Part shown: positions 11,960 through 23,200 of the stretch, one piece after another | How positions within the stretch are numbered: the first letter of the stretch is position 1 | Layout: the number at the start of each line of letters is the position of its first letter | Assembly (NCBI GenBank): GCA_900088475.1 | Contig: FLMG01004002.1 | Coordinates: forward strand, 1 to 64,000 | Reading direction: 5' to 3' | Origin: Hyphochytrium catenoides | Lineage: Eukaryota; Protista; Hyphochytriomycota | Length of the DNA stretch: 64,000 nt | Notes under the pieces: generated by a model | The model's input: the letters and a program-made list of their open reading frames with translations, nothing else | What the model was told of the DNA's origin: nothing | Databases searched by the model: none | Program-made: the position numbers and the translations under genes

Positions 11960-13505
11960 CGCAGTGGAGCCCCACGATGAAGATGATGATGATGGAAAAA
12001 TGGAATCTACTAGTCAAGTCCAATTCAAGGAAGGAGGAGTGAGCCTCTCAAGGGCTTCACCCCTTTGTTCCTTCGGCGGTTGTGCACTGTGGACCGCGCA
12101 GCTAGTAAGTTGCCTGGTTGACAAAGAAGCGCCATCGACCGTCGTGGAGCTTGGTTGTTATTAGGTGTACGCCTTATTATTAATATATCAACTAGAAGAG
12201 TCACACGCTCTATAAGTCGTTCTGTGTGGCTCAGGAATCTGGAGATGAACTGCTCTTGGGCTCAAAGAAGCGAATCGCAACGATGACGGATATTGGAACC
12301 TAGTCAACAACACCATGGAGGAGGAGGAGCAAGCCTTCTATCTGCTCCTCCAGTACGGTTCTGGGCCTATCGTAACTGTGGAAGAAAGGAGACTGTAATA
12401 TGAGAGACTGCTGCAGCTCGAGAGAGAGTGGGAGAAAGAAGGTGCCCTGTCTGTACCTTGGCTGGCCAGCAGGCCTCACTTCAGACAAGCAAGACGCAGA
12501 GGAAGACTTCGCGGGAACACACGCAAGTAGCAAAGGGTCTTCTACTCCGGAGTACTTCAGAAAGAAGGTTATTAACTGAGATATAGAGGGTAAGAGGGAG
12601 TCTCCCTTGCGAGAGAGTCAGCCTACCTGAGAAATGCAGAAGATACAGAATAACATGCAAGAGAAGTAGTGTCTACAGGCTATTCTGATAACATGCAAAG
12701 AGAAAGAGGGAAAAAAGGGATAAGGAAGAGAGCATCCTTCGTCAGAGCCATTCGTTGCCGACTCTAGTCGGGACTACCCGTCCTGAGAGTCCTCTCAAAG
12801 AGGAGAGGTCGCATCCCATACACCGGTCGATCCGTGTCCAGTCTAGTGCACAATCAGGTGGTTAGCAGCCGTAGAGGAGATATACATATAACAGAGACGC
12901 TTGGTGGCAAGATCTGTCTCTTCTCTATTCAGCAGCAAGCCCTATCGACGAAAAGAGCTGAGGAGCTACTACTTTTATCAAGTCACCACGAGGAGATACC
13001 TCGGGTGGGTTGGGTCATTTGGCTGTGGCTCAAGAAGAGAGATGATGTGTTGTTACCTCGTAGGGTTTATCAGAACCCCTCCCTACTAGGAATGGAACCT
13101 AGTCAAAGCCTGGGACGCAGCCACTCTTTCAAGACAATAGGCCGCCTCAGTCTGCGGTCACCAGACTCTGCGGTTGTCTTGAGTGGAAAGGAAAGGCACT
13201 CGGTGGCATGAGTTGGGAAGCGCTATCAATGGGAAGAGAGCGGAACTACACTTCAAGTCTAGATCATGACGAGAAGAAAAGAATCTCTGGTGGGTCAGCT
13301 TCCTTGTTGTGGCTCACGGAGATGAAGCCTTCTCTGGGAAGAAGCAATATCGAATTAATCCCAAAGATGACCAAGCAATGGAACCTAGTCAATCCCTCCA
13401 TGGAGTTAGCCATTCAATCCTTTTCTAAGCTGTTGATGCTCTCCGCTTCAGCTATTATGGTGTTGCATTGAACTTGATGAGGAGGGCCAGCCGCTTCTTG
13501 GCGGC
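11960..13505 (+). repeat. Degenerate ~290-bp tandem array (at least 4 units) interrupted by a solo LTR
   Basis: The core tggaa..ctagtcaa occurs at 12001, 12294, 13093 and 13379. Spacings are 293, 294 (after removing the 505 bp of LTR plus one TSD copy) and 286. Shared submotifs: gtggctca..gagatga, c(c/g)(c)tatc(g/a)a and cttggtggca/ctcggtggca/cttggcggca. Confidence 0.75.
12394..12893. mobile_element. Solo LTR (500 bp) with a 5-bp target-site duplication GAGAC
   Basis: Starts TGTAATATG and ends CATATAACA (8/9 inverted match, TG...CA). GAGAC flanks it at 12389-12393 and 12894-12898. There is no internal gag/pol. Removing it restores the array period. Confidence 0.88.
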
Positions 13506-13654
13506 ATGCTTTTTAAAGTGGTGATAGGGCGGATTGGGAGCAGGAAAGGGTGCCCGTCACAAAGCAAGTCATAGCAGAACATCTCTCACTTTTCAATCTA
13601 CCACCAAAGCTCAGAAGCCTCCCAATCCACCGCTTCCTGGACGAAGTACTCATC

Positions 13655-14257
13655 ATGAAGTTCTCAACGCTCTTTCGCATATTTTTGGCGGGAAGTGCTG
13701 CCGTGGCAGCTCAAGCAGCAGAGGAGCCACAGCCCGTTGTCATCAACAGTCCTTCCGAGCTAGTTGCCGCCTTAGGAGGTCGCCTTCCCACCTACTATGC
13801 TGAGAACAATACGTGGGCCCCATTACCGGGCGTTATTAGCCCCAACGGCACGATTATCACTACAGAGGGTCCGATAAGTCCTTCCGTCATAGACCCGGTC
13901 ACTGTTACAACCTTCCTCAGCGCTATCAACCTGATTCTAAGCGCGATCGATCCCAGATGCTTCAACTACAACGACGCCAAGGCTAAGGCTTGGCAAGATA
14001 TCGTACAGAAGAGTAGGGAGACTTGGCCGGATTGGAGCGTCGCTGTAGGACAAGACCTTGAGGTGATTGAGGGTTGCGAGATGATCCAAGGCGATTTTCA
14101 CATCTGCGCCAAGACCCACAGATATGAAGTCATATGGGGTCGCTATGACAAGAAGTGCTGGCTCAAGAGAACAGGCGATGGTGGGTATACTAACTGGTGC
14201 TTTGTGGGAGATTGGACGCAGGGCAAGCTCCTTTATGACATCTGGACGGGATACTAG
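13655..14257 (+). CDS. Intronless ~200-aa secreted protein with a C-terminal GDGGYTNW motif
   Basis: ATG 13655 in catcATG context. Signal peptide MKFSTLFRIFLAGSAAVAAQA, then a Pro/Thr linker, an amphipathic helix TFLSAINLILSAI, and a Cys/Trp-rich domain ending KRTGDGGYTNWCFVGDW. Confidence 0.8.
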   Translation: MKFSTLFRIFLAGSAAVAAQAAEEPQPVVINSPSELVAALGGRLPTYYAENNTWAPLPGVISPNGTIITTEGPISPSVIDPVTVTTFLSAINLILSAIDPRCFNYNDAKAKAWQDIVQKSRETWPDWSVAVGQDLEVIEGCEMIQGDFHICAKTHRYEVIWGRYDKKCWLKRTGDGGYTNWCFVGDWTQGKLLYDIWTGY

Positions 14258-15779
14258 GTAGTAGACAGTAATGAGACGACATTTATCCACAGCAGCAGAT
14301 GAGCTTCTTGTCGGCTACTGATGATCGTCCATCATCCACACCCATCGGGGCCTCGTTAGGCTAATGATGGATAATAGGCAACTAACAAATAATGAGATCT
14401 AAACGATGATATGACTTCTCGGTAGATATTGACTAAGTACGAATGATCACTAAGCCTGACTACCACTTCCAAAAGAAAAGGGGAACTTCGGTCAAGCCTG
14501 GTGGGGAACAACAGGTCCGAGGGTATGATTCTGGGAGAGGCACCTCACTCGTAGTTCTATAGAACGCGTTCCGTCCTCCGCTTGCAATCCCTGATCGCTA
14601 AGTATTTGAGGGACTCTATCGCGCATCCTTATCGTAACCCTGATTGGCGTTTGTCCCAATGTTGTAGAAGAGCCAAGAACTCTGGGAACAGAGATTGATA
14701 CTTGGGAGAATGTATAGGAACGAGGTCCGCTATGTGGTTTGTGGCTTTTCAAAAATTGGCTGCTGGAGGAGGTCGTGCTTCTACTAGTAGCGATGATGAT
14801 AGCCAATAACAATAGTAACGATACCCTACTATTGTAAAGTCACCGTCTTTTACAGTTGCCAGCGTTACACCTCGATGGTGGTTCAACGCAAGCAGCAGGA
14901 TCAACAACTATGAGCCATTGGGACGAGAGCTCTGTTGCCTCCTCTGGTGGCGGGCCGGCTACCGTAGGGCTTCACCGGTGGTAGTAGTAGTAGTAGGCAC
15001 CTCCTCCTCAACCTCCTCCTTTTCTCGGAACGCCAGACGGAGAAGACGACGATCGATCGTTACCATCTTCACTACCATGTGATGAAGAAGGGTGTTAATA
15101 AGCTCTACACCAGGACGCGGAAACCCAAAAGACGACAGCATCATCTGGCCAAGAAGTGGCCTGGGCTGCTCTCCTCTCAGATGTCAGATGCAAGCTGCTG
15201 CTGCGTATCAATCAATGTGACGTGCTGAGGTTCGTTGGTGTCCGCTCAAGAAGCTGCAGGGAGGTTACTTGTAGCACCGTTTTACTTCAAGGCTGAGACT
15301 AAATCCCCTTTCCCCCTCCTTGATGACTAGTAGCTTTCACGAAATATGTGCTCTCTTCCTAAGAGCTTGCAACACCGGTTTAACGGGGGAAGTTAGCTTT
15401 CTTTCAATTGTTTCTTTCAATATGTTTCCACATCATGAAGGGTCACAGCAGTTACCAAACCGTGCAGCAGACATTACAGTTTCTCCAGGTCACTGGACAC
15501 TATTTTGTTAGGAGTGATGTTATTTATTAGCATTGCAAAGCTATAGTATGTTCTGTCGGACGAAGAAGCTATACTGTGGAGTTTATTAGACCCCTAAAGG
15601 AAGCCACTACTGTCGAGGATGCATTGCATTGGAATAGCTTCCTCCTCCAACAGATAGCATGCGCGTGCTGACTCTGGAAAACGTTGTAAGTCTTGAAGTA
15701 CGGTAAGACAAGCTGACAGAACCATCACCATTACAATACCTTCCATCTTGGCAGTAGCAGCTGATATACAGTAAGTAGT

Positions 15780-16950
15780 AGGAACACCACCACCATCATC
15801 ACCATCATCATCAAGCAGAAGAAGATGACAGCAGCAGCAGTGCAGCGTCGTAGCGATTGCAGTACTCCGTCCAGCTCTTGCTTTCTGTCATCGATGGGCG
15901 GAACATTGTCTTCGTACTACTAGAACAACCAGCAAACACCACTTTCATCATTACCATCCTCCTCCTCCTACTAGTGCTACCAGTCGTAGTCATGCACTAC
16001 CGTGTTTGTACTACTACGTTCCATCATCATCATCTCCGCCTCCTACTGCTGTCCAGCTTGTTTCCCTTCTTGTTCCCCTTCTCTCGCTTCTTCTTCCTCC
16101 TTTTGCCCAACAACCAGTCGTTCTCAGCCCTTTATTATTCATTTCCTCAGTTTCAAAGGTGCCCAACCCGATGCCACAACAACAGCACCATCGACACCAC
16201 CACCAATCCCGCCCACAGCATCACCATACTACCGCTAAAGACCATCCAGCATCAGCCCTCTCCAGAACAACTAACGATCAAGTTACTACACGCGTCTCTA
16301 GTAGGGTGGTGACGGGGAGAAGTTGTTCTTCTTCATTCTGGTAACAAGGACGAGGATCTGGCTGGAGGTGAGCGGCTCTCTGTAAACTAAATTGTTGACC
16401 GCAAAAGATCATGATGGAAGCAGAGAACTCCTCTTCCCCTCCCCCACCACCATCATGAACAACAAAATCCACCATGCCATAGGGGTACTCAGATGATGAT
16501 GGAGAAAAGAAACGAAAAAGCAAAAGGATGGCAAAGGGAAGAAGAAGAAGAACGTGGAGGAACAGCAGGACCATGGAGCAAAAAATTCCGCATCGATCGT
16601 CGGGCCCTGTCCATTCTCCGCCGAACCGCTCTTAATTCATGATACAAGATGATGATAGGCACTGCTATTATTCTTCTATGCCAGCAACTGAAGCAATCAC
16701 TCGCTCCCCCCATAGAGTCCTTCCGCTCCTCCTCTAAGCGCCGTAGTATTCATGAGCAGTCATTCGAGAGTTCTTTGAGTTAATTTTATGCAGTACTACA
16801 GTAGTACCTACACGATGATGATGGTACCACCGTAGGGGACGCCATTGGTCCTCTTCCAGCAGCAGAGAAGAAGACAACACACATCAATAATTACCCGTAC
16901 TTCCCAGACTCATCACTCGTCACGCCTCACGTCACCCACTTCTTGCTCCT
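15780..16950. repeat. Low-complexity CAT/CAC/CAG trinucleotide-rich region
   Basis: caccaccaccatcatcaccatcatcatca, gcagcagcag and similar runs; no coherent long ORF. Confidence 0.6.
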
Positions 16951-18040
16951 CTACATTGTACAACAGTACCACTAGACATCCAGGTACTTCCACTTTGTGA
17001 GGATCATCATCCTAGTAGAAAGCATCAAGGATTGCCGTGAAAGGTTGCGGCAAGGTTGGATGCGGCGTTGTTCGAGGGTATTCCAAGGACTGTAAGTACT
17101 AGCTTTCCTCCAAGCAGGTGCAGCGGGGAGCGGGGAGGATGAGGGAGACAGAAGGGAAATCAAGAGGAGAAAAGTTTGACAACACCTTGGTATTGAAAGA
17201 ATGACTTGTAACATTGAAAGGATCAATACAGGGGATCCCTCCTGTGTGGAAGCCTTGGTAAAATATCTTTCACTACATTATTTCATCCGAACCTACCAGA
17301 CGATCCTACTTTACCACAAAAAACAACTAGATGTCGATCCTAAGGCCTTATCTTGTATAACACAGTTATTTTCATCTGCAATTCGTAATATAGATTCTCA
17401 TGTTCAGAATAGAATGAGGGTCAACAGAGTGTACTTTTCCCACGGTCAACCAGTAAACAACCCCAGATTCCTGTAATAATAACCCTACAACGAAGTCTAA
17501 GCCCCGAGCTTCTACTATACTCAATCCGTGGTAATATGTATGATGAATCAGCTCGCCACGCTGCCTTTCACACAACCTCACCCATCAACGAGGCGGCTAA
17601 CGATCAGAATTGGCGCACACACATTACCAATCAAAGATCATAAACCGGTTAATCCTCTGGTAGAGAGGGTTGTAGGAAGAGATCCATTATTGTCCCTCTT
17701 CGTCGTTCGACGAGCAACTCTTTTCTTTCTCTCGCAGTCTCTTTCTCGTTCTCCTCCTTTCTCACCCATTCTTTGTCGTATCTCTCTGTACTCTATCTCT
17801 CACAGAGCCCTCTTTCTGACAACCTCTAGTTCCTATCGCTCTCGCATGCAGTCTCTTCTCTGATGTTCCTTCCTTTCCTTGGCGCCAAGGTCGGCATCAC
17901 TCAGGGTCAGCAGGACGTGATTGATTTCAAGTCATTTCCTGATTTTCGCGATTAGCCAGAGCTTCTCCTATTTTCGCAGCTCACAGTTTATCGGTCGATA
18001 GCTCTCAAGACTTCAAAAACTAAAAAGCAGGCTCCGTTGT

Positions 18041-19747
18041 ATGGTTCACCTGAGCCAACTGCTCCGCCCAAGACAGCAGCAGCTTGGCCTTACTAACAAG
18101 CTTCTTGCGTCCGCACGTTCTTCACTTGCTCAATCCCGGTTTATCCTTCGCAGTGCTAGCTCTAGCTCCGCAGTAGACTTCCGGTCGATCACAATGCCGA
18201 ACCTGCGCTCAGAGAACGGTACAACCAGCAGTTATGACTACGATCTGGTAGTTATTGGGGGTGGAAGCGGTGGAATGGCCGCTGCCAAGGAGGCTGCCAC
18301 ATTCGGAGCGAAAGTCGCACTCTTTGATTATGTCAAACCTACCGTTCATGGTACTAAGTGGGGTTTAGGTGGCACCTGTGTCAATGTGGGTTGCGTACCT
18401 AAGAAGGTCATGCACTATTCTGCGTTGCTTGGTGCTAGCTTCCACGATGCCAAGCACCTGGGCTGGAAGATTGACGACAAGCCTGAGCATGATTGGAACG
18501 AGCTCGTCTCAGCCGTTCAGGCTCATGTGAAGAAATTGAACTTCTCATATCGTGTGGGTCTGCGCTCAAAGAAAGTGGAGTACATCAACGCACTGGCGAG
18601 TTTCAAGGACCCCCATACTCTACATTACGAGTTTAGAGGAGAGGCCAAGGAAATTACCGCAGCAAACATTCTTATTGCCACTGGTGGCCGCCCGGTCGTC
18701 CCAGCGGACATCCCAGGGGCTAAGGAGTACGCAATCACGTCGGACGACATCTTTTCCTATCAAAAAGTCCCGGGAAGGACTTTGGTTGTTGGTGGCTCAT
18801 ACATTGCCTTAGAATGTGCGGGCTTTCTTAATGAGCTCAACTTCCCTGTTACGGTGGCGGTTCGTTCAATCCTACTAAGAGGCTTTGACAGGCAAATGTC
18901 GGAAAAGATTGGGTCTCTGATGGCAGCGCAGGGGGTGGACTTTCGCTATGGCTACCTTCCCGTCTCAATTCAGAAGGCCAACAACTCTGAAAAGCTGTTG
19001 GTTACTCTGAAGCACCCAGAGACAGGCGATGTTGCAGAGGAGGAGTATGACACTGTCCTCTATGCTATTGGTAGGTATGCTGATACCACAGGAATCAACC
19101 TGCAGGCCGCAGGCGTCAAAGCGCTTGGAAACGGCAAATTTGAGACTGTTGACGAACGGACAAACGTTCCTCATATTTATGCGGTAGGAGATATTCTTCA
19201 AGGAAAGCCGGAGCTTACACCTGTGGCAATCAAGACAGGGGAGCTTCTGGCCCGGCGACTATTTGCTAACCAGACTGCAACTATGAACTACGATTTGGTT
19301 CCAACCACAGTCTTCACACCGGTAGAATACGGAGCTTGCGGGCTGAGTGAGGAAGAGGCAATCCGGAGGTACGGTGAGGACGACGTAGAGGTGTACGTCT
19401 GGGAATACCAAACCCTGGAGTGGCAGGCGGCTCATAGAGAAAAGGCTCTTTCCGCCAGAGAGAGCGAGTATGACGTCGAGTTCCCTCCAAATTGCTTATG
19501 CAAGCTCGTCTGCATCAAGAGCCAAAAAGAGAAGGTCGTGGGTTTCCACTTTGTAGGTCCTAATGCAGGAGAAATAACCCAGGGATTCGCCCTCGCTCTC
19601 CATCTTGGGGCTACGAAGGGAAACTTTGATAGCGTGGTGGGCATCCACCCAACCGATGCTGAGGCATTCACGACGATGGTTGTCACCAAGCGGTCAGGAG
19701 AAAGTTGGGTGGCAGCTGGCGGCTGCGGCGGCGGGAAGTGCGGTTAA
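18041..19747 (+). CDS. TrxR: High-Mr thioredoxin reductase with a C-terminal CGGGKCG redox centre, intronless, with a probable mitochondrial presequence
   Basis: FAD-binding GGGSGG, redox motif GGTCVNVGCVPKK, NADPH-binding GGSYIALE, IHPTDAE, and C-terminus GGCGGGKCG followed by TAA. Confidence 0.96.
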   Translation: MVHLSQLLRPRQQQLGLTNKLLASARSSLAQSRFILRSASSSSAVDFRSITMPNLRSENGTTSSYDYDLVVIGGGSGGMAAAKEAATFGAKVALFDYVKPTVHGTKWGLGGTCVNVGCVPKKVMHYSALLGASFHDAKHLGWKIDDKPEHDWNELVSAVQAHVKKLNFSYRVGLRSKKVEYINALASFKDPHTLHYEFRGEAKEITAANILIATGGRPVVPADIPGAKEYAITSDDIFSYQKVPGRTLVVGGSYIALECAGFLNELNFPVTVAVRSILLRGFDRQMSEKIGSLMAAQGVDFRYGYLPVSIQKANNSEKLLVTLKHPETGDVAEEEYDTVLYAIGRYADTTGINLQAAGVKALGNGKFETVDERTNVPHIYAVGDILQGKPELTPVAIKTGELLARRLFANQTATMNYDLVPTTVFTPVEYGACGLSEEEAIRRYGEDDVEVYVWEYQTLEWQAAHREKALSARESEYDVEFPPNCLCKLVCIKSQKEKVVGFHFVGPNAGEITQGFALALHLGATKGNFDSVVGIHPTDAEAFTTMVVTKRSGESWVAAGGCGGGKCG

Positions 19748-20299
19748 GCATGCGTTCTCCCAACCTTTAGAAGGAACAACAGAGTGATGGCTCCCTATTT
19801 CATTTATCTAAGCTTATCTAAGCATGCGGTCAATCGTGGTTCTTACAGCTTGGGGACCGGGTCACTACAGTCCTATCTGATCCATTTAGCCAGGGAAAAG
19901 AGACCACCTAAGATCTGATTTGCCTAGCTCAATAAATAAACCTAAACCTATGCGGTCTTGCTGCTATGACGTACACAGAGGCAGTGTTGCCTCTTCGATG
20001 TAGAGAGAAAGAAAGTAAGAGATGCAGGTAGAATAAGATAACAATGCCTCCTGTCCATAACGCTTTAAGCTATGGTCCTGGTCATGCCAGAGGTAAGGGT
20101 ATTGAGGCAGTTAGAGACCCAATGTCCGTGAGCATTGGAGAAGAATGGAGAGAGAGCATTGGAAGAATAATGGAAGGTAGGTAAGAGAGCTTCTCTGAAG
20201 AAGATAAGCCTCACAGCTGAGCGGTTCAGCGTCATGGTCCGCAAGTCCTCTTCAGCGGTTCAGTGACAAGTCATGGTTGGCAGGTCCTCTTGACAATGG

Positions 20300-23200
20300 T
20301 CACAAACCATTGGGAGCCGATGCCTCTGCACTTGGAGACCGTTGGAGCCTACTGTCAAAGGAAAACTGACTAAAACGACTCGCGAGGCTGGGCCGCGCAG
20401 CACCAGGAGAATCAAGATCCCATGAGGCTTCATCCCCAAACTCTGGGTCCACGTAGCGCGTGTCCGTGTCAGAGCTCTGAGAAGCATGCGGGGCAAGCTC
20501 AGTTGGCAGGCTCGATCGTTTGAGACAAACGTTAGCAGCCAAAGGTGCAGGTGGCAAACAAGAAAGCGAACCGGAGATAAAACAGCCATAAACCGAGAGC
20601 GAAGAGCTGGGGGTGTTTAGATACGGCGCAGTACCAGGAGGACCAAGGCAATTATTCCGTAGGCAAGAAACCCTCAGACAGGCTTACCAGCTGAGGGATC
20701 CAAGGCGGCTTTATCTTTCTATCATAGAGAGCTTTCCAATCGTAGCATGAGAAAAAGGGATGACTGCACACTGACTCTCCCCGTGAGCCTATGAGTCAAT
20801 GTCGAGTGTAAGTGCACCGGAGAGTTAAAGGAAGCACTGAAGCCCATGTAAGAAGGAAACGAGGTAGCGCCAGCCACCCTTGGGAATAGAAAAAGAACAA
20901 GTGCGAACTAGCAAGTAGTTTCTCAGGCAGGTGTTGAAGTGAGGAACGCACGGCAAAGGACGGTGAATGATGGAGGTTAGTCTCAAGGGCAAGACCTACC
21001 AAGCCTCTTCGCAGGATCTTTATGCAGCAGCCCACGCAACAGATCTCTTGCATCCTCTGGGATTGAGGAAGGGTAGCTCACTTCCTCGTAGACAATCTTG
21101 TTGAGCATCTTCAGCTCATTCTCATCATAGAATGGCGATTCGCCCACTAGCATCTCAAACTGTAAAGGAAGTGGTGTCAGTTCTAGCTTAGCTGCAGAGG
21201 ACAAGGGGAAACAGGGAACCGAGCAGAAGGAGACAGAAAGAGGGGGCAAAGAGAGAAAGAGGAGGCGAAAAGCAATAGCAGAAGCGTTAAGAAGAGTAGG
21301 TGAGAGATGCTGCCTCAGAGAACGGATTACCAATACAATGCCTAGGCTCCACCAATCGAACGCCTTTCCGTATTGCCTAGTCCCATCGGCATACTGCACC
21401 AGCGCCTCAGGAGCCACGTACTCGGCTGTACCCGAAAGAGTTTTAGCCCCGCGGCTGTACGCTGCGATATTCTGGCGGGATAGACCAAAGTCGACGAGTC
21501 CAATGTGGCCTTCACTATCGATCATAATGTTTGAGGGCTGCAAGACATAGATATAGATGCGAGGAAAGACGTTAATAACAATTCTTGCAGCCAGTTGACT
21601 CGAAATCTCTTGCTTACTCTACACAAGACTTCAACTCCTTTCTGTGCTTGGCCATTTTAAAAGTCTCTACTACCGGCCGCCTTACCACCTTGAAATCTCT
21701 CATCAGAAAACTCCGGTAGTCTAGCTTTCTCTCTGTCTCTCTCTTTCTCTCTTTGACGGGTACGATGTGATCAAAGACATGGGAATCACCTTTAGATCTC
21801 TATATAGAATGTCCAGGCTGTGCAAATAAGAGAGTGCAAGAACCAGCTCTGCAGAATAGAACCTCGCAAGCTCCAAAGGCAAGTGCTCCCTCATATTCAA
21901 ATGATAGAACAGGTCGCCAGCGGCGTAGAACTTCATCCCGAGAAACCTACACTCCCACACAGTCGCATCCAAATATAAAGGTGCAGGAAACGAAGTCAGA
22001 ACATTAGAAGCGGTGGGGCCAAGAAGACTGCACAAGGATACGGAGCAGCAACTTATAGAGACCGCTTAGCAACATATAGAGACCGCTAACACAACGAACG
22101 GATGCCAGAAGAAGGAACTACACTGATGTCGTGGGAGAGGATAAGAAGAGCCATCAACCACGAAAAGAAGCGGAAAGGGAGGAAGCGCTGGCCAAGCAAG
22201 GGAGTCACAGGCGTACAGTCTTGTTTCCGTTTGGAAGGCAAATATGAGTGAGGAGATGAAGGGATGGTCGATCTTCTGCATGATCTGGCGCTCGTGTATC
22301 GCGTTTGCTATGTCTGCGGTGCCCATATTCTTCTTGCGAAGAATCTTAATGGCAAATACTCGTGAGTCTAGGCGATAGCGAACCAACATCACCTAAGAAC
22401 CAGAAGAAGAAAACTTAGTCACGTTCCTTGTCGTCCCTATCTATTAGCTTATGTCCATCTGGCCTTACAACCCATGCGCTTAAAAACCTTGAACGGAATA
22501 CCAAGCACGTCCAACCTCCCTCGCTAAGAGAGCATCTATCCCCGTTGTCTGCCCCTACGACCCAAATCTAGCATCATACACTCTTTCGTAAATCGCTCAA
22601 TTACAGTGTAGAGTGTCTTTAACTCCAGGCCCCCACTTGTCTATCAAGTTTAGAGTCTCCCTGTTCGCCAGCGGTTTGCACGAGCACAGTGATACCACTT
22701 ACCGCGCCAAAGCTCCCTCTGCCGAGGACGCTGAGCATCTCGAAATGCTGGATGCCCAAACGTTCATGAAGCAAAGGGTCTGATACGCCTGGGCTTGGAC
22801 GGAGGAAAGAACGGTGGATAAAATCTCCTTCAGCTGTGGCCTCACTTTCGGTAGACTCCCCAAAGGAGAAGTCGTGGAATTGTCCAGGGGCCTTGTCTGA
22901 GCTTTCACTCATAGAGGAAAGGTTGCTGGGAGAGAGCTCCACATGCTCTACAGGATACGACAGACGTCAAGAAAGCTACTGGAGAGAAGAAAGCAGAGCT
23001 CTTCAAGAGACGTCAGAAGTCAAGAAAGCTCCAGAGAATACAGGCATTTAGTAGACTAAAGGCAGATCATCAATGAGTCAAAGAGGTCAGTAATAAATGA
23101 AGGGGTATGGACTAATGAGCTCCGGCTGTATCACCTCTAGCCCTTTGTCTCACCTCCAGCATTAACGTTTTGCTCGACATTTTCCTGCTTGACGTCTTCA

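Noticed and set aside
12765-12790. gggactacccg resembling the 5' end of LSU rRNA
   Set aside because: The match is only ~11 nt, has no continuation and lies inside the solo LTR.
11960-13505. CRISPR-like interpretation of the recurring 14-bp core
   Set aside because: The period is ~290 bp, the intervening sequences are homologous to each other, there are no cas genes and the context is eukaryotic.
15507-15652. Second TG...CA element
   Set aside because: No target-site duplication and a weak terminal match.
19745-19930. Selenocysteine/SECIS in TrxR
   Set aside because: There is no in-frame TGA; the ORF ends Cys-Gly-TAA.
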